Origin: an uncultured Thermodesulfobacteriaceae bacterium
Lineage (GTDB): Bacteria; Desulfobacterota; Dissulfuribacteria; Dissulfuribacterales; UBA3076
Direction: 5' to 3'
DNA: 40,708 nt
Assembly: GCA_964585405.1 (NCBI GenBank)
Contig: CAZPDU010000027.1
Span: forward strand, 1-40,708
A program made the position numbers and the translations under genes. The notes under the pieces were generated by a model, which did not search any database, had not been told where the DNA came from, and saw nothing but the letters and a program-made list of their open reading frames with translations. Below are positions 16,665-24,306 of the stretch, one piece after another; the first letter of the stretch is position 1, and each line of letters begins with the position of its first letter.

Positions 16665-18017
16665 ATGTCTCAATATCCAAGCAGATTCTTTGCCAGAGAA
16701 GGAGTGGATCCCCTGAGGTATGCCTTTGATAGTAAGATCGCAGTTCATGCCGGGGCCGGAGGACATCCACTTTCCAGGGAAGAAGTGTTGCCCACCTGGC
16801 AGGCACTTGGTAACAGGCCTGATGCCTCATCTCGAAGGGTGATATATATTCACGTGCCCTTCTGCCGTAAACAGTGTCTCTATTGCGGCTTCTTCATGCG
16901 TACCTTGGGCCGGGGGGACAGCACTTGTTACACTGATGCCCTTCTCAGAGAGATGGAGCAGGTCTCATGTCTTTCGGCGGTAACTGGCCATCCCATACAT
17001 GCTGTCTATATGGGAGGCGGGACACCTACGGCTTTAGATACAGTTGATCTTGAGCGGCTGTTAGAGGCTGTCCGCGGATTTTTCCCCCTGGCTGATGACT
17101 GCGAGATCACTGTGGAAGCCAGGGCGGCCGATTTTGAAGAAGAAAAGGTGCGGGCCTGTGTGGCCGGAGGTGTCAACCGCTTTTCTGTCGGGGTTCAGAG
17201 CTTTAATACCAAGGTCAGACAGCAGGTGGGACGTATACTGAACAGAACAGATGTCCTGGAAATGCTCACAAACCTGACCGACATGGTGGACAATTCGGTC
17301 ACAATTATTGACCTAATATACGGACTTCCTGACCAGACCATGACTATCTGGGAAGATGATCTGAGGACCCTTATAGAAGAAACAAGTATAGACGGTGTGG
17401 ATCTTTATCAATTAAACGTCTTCAAGGACAGCCTTTTGACCCGGGCTGTTAATAAAGGTAAGCTCTCTCCACCTGCCGATATTTCTTGTCAGGCAGAGAT
17501 GTTTTTAAGGGGCAGAGAGACGCTGGAGGCAGCTCGTTTCAGACGCCTCTCCATGTCTCATTGGGGTCGCAGTCCCGGGGAGCGCAACCGTTACAATACC
17601 TTTATTCGCTGCGGGGCCACCTGCTTTCCCCTTGGCTGTGGGGCAGGAGGGCGCCTTCACGGCCACTATTTCTTCCAGGAGGCGGATCTGAAAGCCTATT
17701 ACAAACAGGTAAATGCAGGGGAAAAACCACTGGCTATGGCCATTCGTCTGCCTGCCTGTTCGCCTCTTTTCAGAAACTTGGCCGAGCAGATGGAAAAGGG
17801 TGATATGAATCTTACTGCCCTCGGGCAACAACATGGTTTTGACCTGGAGGCAATCTTTTTCCCACTGCTTGAGCAATGGGAGCAGACCGGTCTTATTAAA
17901 CGTCAGGGGAACGGCCAGATTGAGCTTACGGTGGCAGGTGAATTCTGGAATGTCAATCTGACACAGTTTCTTATTGACTATTTTCAGCACTATCATCAGG
18001 AAGATGCGCAGTCATGA
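16665..18017 (+). CDS. HemN-family radical SAM enzyme, probably ChuW/HutW-type (anaerobic haem-degrading methyltransferase)
   Basis: 450 aa with the radical SAM cluster motif IYIHVPFCRKQCLYCGFF. A ~60-aa N-terminal extension (FFAREGVDPLRYAF...) and the overall length are as I recall for ChuW/HutW rather than HemW/HemN. The subfamily call needs an HMM check. Confidence 0.65.
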   Translation: MSQYPSRFFAREGVDPLRYAFDSKIAVHAGAGGHPLSREEVLPTWQALGNRPDASSRRVIYIHVPFCRKQCLYCGFFMRTLGRGDSTCYTDALLREMEQVSCLSAVTGHPIHAVYMGGGTPTALDTVDLERLLEAVRGFFPLADDCEITVEARAADFEEEKVRACVAGGVNRFSVGVQSFNTKVRQQVGRILNRTDVLEMLTNLTDMVDNSVTIIDLIYGLPDQTMTIWEDDLRTLIEETSIDGVDLYQLNVFKDSLLTRAVNKGKLSPPADISCQAEMFLRGRETLEAARFRRLSMSHWGRSPGERNRYNTFIRCGATCFPLGCGAGGRLHGHYFFQEADLKAYYKQVNAGEKPLAMAIRLPACSPLFRNLAEQMEKGDMNLTALGQQHGFDLEAIFFPLLEQWEQTGLIKRQGNGQIELTVAGEFWNVNLTQFLIDYFQHYHQEDAQS

Positions 18018-18544
18018 AAACTCTGATCGTATGTGCCAGCAAGTATGGCTCAACCTTTGAAATCGGTAAATGGCTGGCAGAAAGGCTGGGCGGCGACAGC
18101 CTGGTGGATAGGGCCGAATCCATGCCGCTTCCTGCGGATGCAGATCTTGTTATTCTGGGTTCAGGTATTTACAGACACAAGGTATTACCTTCACTGGAGG
18201 AATATGTGAACCGCTTTAGAGATAAAATAAAAGGCAAGAAGACCGTAGTTTTCGGGGTCGCAATGGACACAACCGGTATTTTTTTACGAGGGAAGGTCCA
18301 TGGCGGATGGAATTGCATCCTGCCTGTAATCCTCAGTCTGCCGGAACCACCGATACATGCCGGACTCCTGGGAGGAGAGATAAACCCCGACAAGCTGGAT
18401 GCCAAAGATACGGAAGGACTTAAGCAGTTTTACAGGATGATTTACGGCCGGGAGACCAAAATACCTTATAAGACCAGAATGGACAAAAATCATGTCTGGG
18501 CCTTTGCCGAGACAATATTAGAGCGTCTTGAGAGACCGATTTAA
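18014..18544 (+). CDS. flavodoxin-fold protein (HemG/flavodoxin_5-like)
   Basis: 176 aa. MKTLIVCASKYGSTFEIGKWLAERL is a typical flavodoxin-domain N-terminus. Its ATG overlaps the upstream TGA (ATGA at 18014-18017), which indicates translational coupling. Confidence 0.75.
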   Translation: MKTLIVCASKYGSTFEIGKWLAERLGGDSLVDRAESMPLPADADLVILGSGIYRHKVLPSLEEYVNRFRDKIKGKKTVVFGVAMDTTGIFLRGKVHGGWNCILPVILSLPEPPIHAGLLGGEINPDKLDAKDTEGLKQFYRMIYGRETKIPYKTRMDKNHVWAFAETILERLERPI

Positions 18545-18681
18545 TGAAATATAAGGTGTTTCTGATCAATCTTCATTATTTTGCCTGAAAGATTCTCCTT
18601 GTTCACTGTTCAAACTGTTTCCCAGTCTTCAAGGGTCTTCGACATGGGTGAGGCCGCTTTGTATACCGGTACAATATATCC

Positions 18682-19791
18682 TTATGTAGTACGATGGCGA
18701 AAAAGCCAGGCAGCGGCCAGCATTGTTAAGCCCCCTATAAGCGCCATGGGCCAATATTGGTCTAAAAGCACCGCAACCGGAGCCTCTTCCAGAAAGACAC
18801 CCCTGATAACTATCATAAAGTAGCGCAGCGGATTTAACAGGGTCAACTTCTGGACCAATACAGGCATGTTGGCAATAGGCGTGGTGAATCCGGAGAGAAT
18901 GACCGAGGGTACCAGGAATATAAAGGCTCCCATCAGACCCTGTTGCTGAGTCAGTGCCAGGGACGAGATCATAAGACCGACTCCGATGGCGGAAAGCAGG
19001 AACAAAACCAGCCCTATATAGAGCGCCAGGAGATTGCCCCGCAAAGGTATGTCAAACCAGAACATGGCAATTAAAATAATAAGAGTTGCTTCAAAGATGC
19101 CAATGATAAAACCAGGAAGTGCCTTCCCGAGGAGAAGCTCGAACGGCCGCAGCGGCGTTACCAGCAGCTGGTCAAAGGTCCCCTGTTCGCGTTCTCTGGC
19201 TACTGATAAGGCGGTTACCACCATGGTTACTACCAGGGTCAGAAGTCCTATAATACCTGGTACTATAAACCAGCGACTTTCCAGGTTCTCATTATACCAG
19301 GATCTAATATGGAGACTTGCCGGCGGCGTGGGCCAGTTGTGACGGGTAATCCAATCCATATTGAAATCGGTTAAAATAGTACGCACATAATTGAGCACTA
19401 TGAGCGCGGTATTAGAATTGCGCCCGTCTATAATAATCTGCAGGTTAGTTCCCCGACCTGTGTAAAGGTCGCGAGAAAATTGCGGACCGATACGCATTAT
19501 CAGCAATACATTTTTATTGTCGATAAGAGGTGCAATCTGCTCGTCCCGTGTTATTTGACTGACCAGTTGAAACGTCGGCGAGCCGCTAAAACGGGAGACC
19601 AGATCTCTGGAGGCATGGCTGCGGTCTTCGTCATATACTGCGAAACGGACTCGCTCGAGATCGTAAGTGGCGGCGTAACCAAAAATGAGGAGCTGCAAGA
19701 TGGGAGGAATAATGATGGTGAGGCGACTTTTCTTGTCCTTCATCAGGACAAGAAATTCTTTTTTTATTAATGCTATAACTCGTCGTCGCAT
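18682..19791 (-). CDS. ABC-2 type transporter permease (YbhR/YbhS-like)
   Basis: 369 aa. An N-terminal TM helix and a large periplasmic loop are followed by five C-terminal TM helices. It is the last gene of a four-gene efflux operon. Confidence 0.85.
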   Translation of the reverse strand: MRRRVIALIKKEFLVLMKDKKSRLTIIIPPILQLLIFGYAATYDLERVRFAVYDEDRSHASRDLVSRFSGSPTFQLVSQITRDEQIAPLIDNKNVLLIMRIGPQFSRDLYTGRGTNLQIIIDGRNSNTALIVLNYVRTILTDFNMDWITRHNWPTPPASLHIRSWYNENLESRWFIVPGIIGLLTLVVTMVVTALSVAREREQGTFDQLLVTPLRPFELLLGKALPGFIIGIFEATLIILIAMFWFDIPLRGNLLALYIGLVLFLLSAIGVGLMISSLALTQQQGLMGAFIFLVPSVILSGFTTPIANMPVLVQKLTLLNPLRYFMIVIRGVFLEEAPVAVLLDQYWPMALIGGLTMLAAAWLFRHRTT

Positions 19792-19909
19792 GGGCTATCT
19801 TTTACCTTGAGGCCTTGCGTATGCTCCAACCACGCTCAGCATGCCCTTTACATCACATATCTAACGTGCAAATAGTGCGCTCAGATTATTTTATGTGATA
19901 TATATATTG

Positions 19910-21076
19910 CTAATCCAGCCGTTTATATGATTTCAACCTGCTTAATCCGAGAAAAATGACAGCCAGAACCAGCAGGGCAAAAGCATTGGGGATAATGACC
20001 GACCACACGTTCCCGGCCAGAAATACCGTCTGGAGTATCATAATAAAGTAACGGGCAGCAATGATATAGGTTATAGCCTGGACAAGGACCGGCATACTTT
20101 CAATGTCGAAAATAAATCCGGATAACAGGAATGCCGGCAGGAAAGTGACAATAATAGCAGCTTGTCCGGCAATGAATTGATTACGGGCAATGGTGGAAAT
20201 AAGCAGTCCCATCCCCAGAGCAGTTAACAGAAACAGGGCTGAAGTGATTACCAGAATCCAGAATGAACCCCGCAACGGGACATCGAAAAGCCAGACCGTC
20301 AATGCCACGGTGAGCAGCATACCCCCCATTCCCAGAACAAAATAAGGAATGATTTTCCCCAGGAGTATTTCACGTATAGCAACTGGTGTCGACATGAGGG
20401 CCTCCATAGTTCCCCGTTCCCATTCACGGGAGACTATCATGGCGGTGAGCAACGCACCGATTAACGTCATGATGACTGCCACCAGACCAGGGACCAAAAA
20501 ATTCTGGCTGCGCACCTGACTGTTGAACCAGATACGCTGTTGCAGATTCACCGGCATCGAGACCTGGCTTCCCTTTTGTCTTGCCAGTTCTTCGATCCAG
20601 GTTGCCCATATGCCTTGGACATATCCTGAAACTAGTCGTGCGGTATTTGAGTCTACGCCATTCAGGATGACTTGAATAGGTGCCGGTTCATACCCGGTTT
20701 TCAGCATGCGGCTGAAATCAGATTTGAGATAGATGATGCCGTCTACTCTGTGGCTGATGAGTGCCTGCTTCGCTTCCTTCAGGCTGGTGATAAAAACCGG
20801 CTCAAAGTATCTGGAGTTGGAAAATTTGGCGGTAAGAGATGTGGTATGTACGCTGGGATGTTCTACTACTAAAGCCACTGGGACATGTTCAGCATCAAGA
20901 GATACGCCGTAGCCGAACAGAAGCAGAAGTAAAACCGGCATAAGGAACGCTATGGCTATACTGCTCGGGTCCCTCATGATCTGGAGGAATTCCTTGCGTA
21001 CTATTCCCCTCAGACGCATGGCCTTGAAGCCGGATACGGCCTGATTGAGGTCTTTCCCCTGTTTTTTATTATTCAT
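19910..21076 (-). CDS. ABC-2 type transporter permease (YbhS/YbhR-like)
   Basis: 388 aa, a paralogue of the neighbouring permease (RKEFLQIMRDPSS... architecture). The start could instead be the ATG at 21019 (MRLRGIVRKEF). Confidence 0.85.
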   Translation of the reverse strand: MNNKKQGKDLNQAVSGFKAMRLRGIVRKEFLQIMRDPSSIAIAFLMPVLLLLLFGYGVSLDAEHVPVALVVEHPSVHTTSLTAKFSNSRYFEPVFITSLKEAKQALISHRVDGIIYLKSDFSRMLKTGYEPAPIQVILNGVDSNTARLVSGYVQGIWATWIEELARQKGSQVSMPVNLQQRIWFNSQVRSQNFLVPGLVAVIMTLIGALLTAMIVSREWERGTMEALMSTPVAIREILLGKIIPYFVLGMGGMLLTVALTVWLFDVPLRGSFWILVITSALFLLTALGMGLLISTIARNQFIAGQAAIIVTFLPAFLLSGFIFDIESMPVLVQAITYIIAARYFIMILQTVFLAGNVWSVIIPNAFALLVLAVIFLGLSRLKSYKRLD

Positions 21077-21194
21077 TATAAACAGTTTAACATTGTCTTT
21101 ACTTAACAGTCTGTTGACAGTTGGTTGTTTCGTTCGTGTTTTTTCTTAAGAGAATACTATGACTGGATAGGACTTGTCTCAAGCTGAATGCCTC

Positions 21195-22952
21195 TTAATT
21201 TTTCGATTGTGCGCGGATCAGAGTGATAAATGCCTCTTCCATACTTACGATAGGTTTGCGGGCAATTGCGCCTGCCTGGGTGCGTATTTCCAGCGGTGTG
21301 CCTATGGCCGGAATCTCGCCGTCCACCATAATGGCCAATCGGTCGCAGTACTCAGCTTCTTCCATAAAATGGGTGGTTACTAATACGGTGACCCCGCTGT
21401 TAGACAAGGCATTGATATGCTTCCAGAACTCCCTGCGGGCAAGGGAATCGACGCCGGATGTGGGTTCATCCAAAAAAAGTATGTCAGGTTCGTGCATGAG
21501 CGCGCAGGACAGAGCCAGACGCTGCTTATAACCTAAGGGAAGCTCTCCGCTGGCGGCATCCTTTACCGGCGCCAGCTCAAGCTGATCCAGAGCCCACTGG
21601 ATGCGTTCTTTACGTCGGCGACCGGTCAAGTTATAGACGCTGCTGAAAAAGCGCAAATTTTGAATCACACTCAGGCTGCTATAGAGTGAAAACTTCTGAG
21701 ACATATATCCGACAAGGGCTCGAGCTTCAGCTGCAGCTGTATGCAGATCCACTCCGGAAACTCTGAGCCTGCCTTCACTCAACGGCAACATACCGCACAA
21801 CATGCGAAAAGTGGTGGTTTTACCGGCACCGTTAGCGCCCAGTAGACCAAAAACTTCACCACGAAAGACCTGGAAGGATACATCTTTAACTGCGTAAAAA
21901 TCGCCGAAGCGCCGCTTGATATGGTCAACGGTAATAACTATTCCGTCTTTTGTTTCTTTGGCGTCAGTGCCTAATTTGACCCCTTGGGCGTTCAGTCTGC
22001 CTTTTCCCGCGTCCAGCATGGCCATATAGCCGTCTTCAAAACGCGGCGACACTGGATCAATCTGAATTCCGTGTAGATCGGAAATTTGTTTCACTTTTTT
22101 GGGCTCATATCCTTCTCGCATTACCAAACGGACTAAATCTCCCCTAATCACTGCATCCAGTACTCCTTCAGCACTCTGTAACTCCTGCTGGAGCTTTCGC
22201 TTATTGATGTCAGACGTAACTTCAAAGATCCTGTGCTTCAGGCCTCGAGTGAAGGAGTCGGGCGAACCTTGATCCAATATCCTTCCTTCATTAAGGAGAA
22301 TAATGTTGTCGCAGCGTTCTGCTTCATCCAGATAGGCGGTACTAAGGAGCACAGTAATATGCTCTTCTTCTACCAGTCGGCTGACAATAGACCATAATTC
22401 CCGTCGAGATATAGGGTCAACACCTACTGTAGGTTCATCCAGAAGTAAAAGCTTTGGTGAAGTTAATAGTGTGCAGGCCAGGCCGAGCTTCTGTTTCATC
22501 CCACCTGATAACCGTCCCGCCAGCCGAGAGGTGAAATTTTGCAGATTCGTCATCTTCATAAGCCCCTGATAACGTTCGGGCCTTTCAGCTGGGGGCACGC
22601 CCCGCAGATCTGCATACAAATCCAGGTTTTCGTTCACGGTAAGATCTTCGTAGAGACCAAAGCGCTGGGGCATGTATCCCGTGACTGTTTGAACGTAAGA
22701 CGGAGCAGACGCGATTGATGTATCGAACAGGGTGATATCACCCTGTTCAGGGCGCAACAGGCCAAGTGCTAAACGAATTAATGTTGTTTTGCCCGCTCCG
22801 TCAGGACCTACCAGGCTGGAAATGCTGCCCAGGCCAATTCTGAAAGTAACATTTACCAGGGCAGGGATGGTCCGCCTGCCTTCAACAAAGGTTTTGGATA
22901 CAGCATTAAATGACAGGGCTGATTGCTGAAACACAGCCGTCTCATTCACCAT
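21195..22952 (-). CDS. ABC transporter ATP-binding protein with two fused ATPase domains (YbhF-like)
   Basis: It has two Walker A motifs (GPDGAGKTT, GANGAGKTT), two signature motifs (LSGGMKQKL, LPLGYKQRL) and two Walker B motifs (LLLLDEPT, ILFLDEPT). I prefer the ATG at 22952 (MVNETAVF), which overlaps the HlyD-family stop by 11 nt, over the track start at 23072. Confidence 0.9.
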   Translation of the reverse strand: MVNETAVFQQSALSFNAVSKTFVEGRRTIPALVNVTFRIGLGSISSLVGPDGAGKTTLIRLALGLLRPEQGDITLFDTSIASAPSYVQTVTGYMPQRFGLYEDLTVNENLDLYADLRGVPPAERPERYQGLMKMTNLQNFTSRLAGRLSGGMKQKLGLACTLLTSPKLLLLDEPTVGVDPISRRELWSIVSRLVEEEHITVLLSTAYLDEAERCDNIILLNEGRILDQGSPDSFTRGLKHRIFEVTSDINKRKLQQELQSAEGVLDAVIRGDLVRLVMREGYEPKKVKQISDLHGIQIDPVSPRFEDGYMAMLDAGKGRLNAQGVKLGTDAKETKDGIVITVDHIKRRFGDFYAVKDVSFQVFRGEVFGLLGANGAGKTTTFRMLCGMLPLSEGRLRVSGVDLHTAAAEARALVGYMSQKFSLYSSLSVIQNLRFFSSVYNLTGRRRKERIQWALDQLELAPVKDAASGELPLGYKQRLALSCALMHEPDILFLDEPTSGVDSLARREFWKHINALSNSGVTVLVTTHFMEEAEYCDRLAIMVDGEIPAIGTPLEIRTQAGAIARKPIVSMEEAFITLIRAQSKN

Positions 22953-23997
22953 TCGATCTTTTCTCGTACGAAGGTGTAGTTTGTTTTTCTTTGTTGCTTC
23001 CGGATTGGTGAGGCCAGATAATGACAGTTGCGGGCATTCCCAGACGGAGCTCATTTTCAGGATTACGGACAATTACATGCACTTGATATACAAGACTGGT
23101 GCGAATTTCCGGACTTTGCACGGTCTTGGGCGTGAATTCAGCTGTGGGGGAGATGAATCCAACCCATGCGTCGTAGGACTTTTCAGGATAGCTGTCGGTC
23201 TTTACTGTTGCCGGCAATCCAGGGAATAACACTCCCAGATCAGTTTCCGATACATAGGTACGTATCCAGATGGGATCAGTCAGGGCCAGCGTAAAAACAG
23301 GTTGCTGCGGAGAAGCCATATCCCCCGGTTGTAGTATTCGTTCTTGAATCACGCCTTGAACCGGGGCGTAGAGCTGGGTATCCATGAGATTCTGACGGGC
23401 AATGTCACGGGTTGCCTCTAATGCTTTGAGCTCTGATTGCGCATATGCTGTGTCTTCCTTTCGAAATCCATCCAAGACAAGATTAAGGTTTTCTTGGGCA
23501 GATTTGAGAGCAGCTTGCGCAGCCAATGCATTAGCTTCTGCGTTATCCACCTGTTCCCGCGATACCAGATAATCCGCTGCGATGGCCTGCAACCGCTTGA
23601 ATGTCCTCTGGGCATCATGAGCACGTATACGGGCGGCTTCTACTTCTGCACGGGCTTGATCAATCTCTTCCCGGCGTGACCCAGCCACCATTTTTGCTAC
23701 CACTTCGGCCTGGGCGGCAGCTCGGGCCTCGCTCTGGTTTAAGACAAGTTGAAATAACGTATTATCCAGAGTTGCCAAAAGTTGCCCCCTGCTGACCGTT
23801 GCACCTTCCTCAACCTTAATTTCCTCAATACGGTCACTGACTTTAAAGGCAAGGTTTACCTGTCGCATATCGACATTACCGTATAGTACCAGCCCTGTCC
23901 TGTCCTCATCGCTTTTAATATAAGAGAAATAATACCAAATGATACCGATTGCTCCCATCAGTGACAGAACTAAAATTACAATGCCGACTTTTTTCAT
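22942..23997 (-). CDS. HlyD-family membrane fusion/periplasmic adaptor protein (YbhG-like)
   Basis: 351 aa. It has an N-terminal TM anchor (VGIVILVLSLMGAIGIIWYYF), a long coiled-coil region rich in A/Q/E/R, and a beta-barrel C-terminus. It is the first gene of the operon. Confidence 0.85.
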   Translation of the reverse strand: MKKVGIVILVLSLMGAIGIIWYYFSYIKSDEDRTGLVLYGNVDMRQVNLAFKVSDRIEEIKVEEGATVSRGQLLATLDNTLFQLVLNQSEARAAAQAEVVAKMVAGSRREEIDQARAEVEAARIRAHDAQRTFKRLQAIAADYLVSREQVDNAEANALAAQAALKSAQENLNLVLDGFRKEDTAYAQSELKALEATRDIARQNLMDTQLYAPVQGVIQERILQPGDMASPQQPVFTLALTDPIWIRTYVSETDLGVLFPGLPATVKTDSYPEKSYDAWVGFISPTAEFTPKTVQSPEIRTSLVYQVHVIVRNPENELRLGMPATVIIWPHQSGSNKEKQTTPSYEKRSNGE

Positions 23998-24079
23998 TAG
24001 ACTAACGGGTTAAACCTATTTTCAACTGGAGGGTTCATTAGTATTATTATCAGCCTTTTTCTTTAATAACTATCGAATT

Positions 24080-24095
24080 TTGATTTAGAAATCAA
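24080..24095. promoter_or_regulatory. 16-bp perfect palindrome upstream of the efflux operon (operator candidate)
   Basis: TTGATTT-AG-AAATCAA at 24080-24095, 83 nt upstream of the HlyD-family start codon. Confidence 0.25.
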
Positions 24096-24306
24096 GAACA
24101 TGCTATCAGGGATTAATTACAGAAATTTGAGGATTTGCATGGACCGTTAATCAAGCCTGATCAAGATATGTGAGTATATTTGAAAATGGTTGGAAATCAA
24201 CACCTGGGAATTACTATTAAGCCGTTGTCTTGGGATATATTTCAGTCAATTATTAAAAATATATATTCTTTCTTTTCAGGAAGATAGGAAAAAATTTTTT
24301 AAGTTT

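Noticed and set aside
22953-23072. N-terminal extension of the tandem-ATPase ORF to 23072, as given in the track.
   Set aside because: The extension overlaps 130 nt of the HlyD-family gene in another frame. The ATG at 22952 (MVNETAVF) gives the usual short overlap with the upstream stop and a normal distance to the first Walker A motif.
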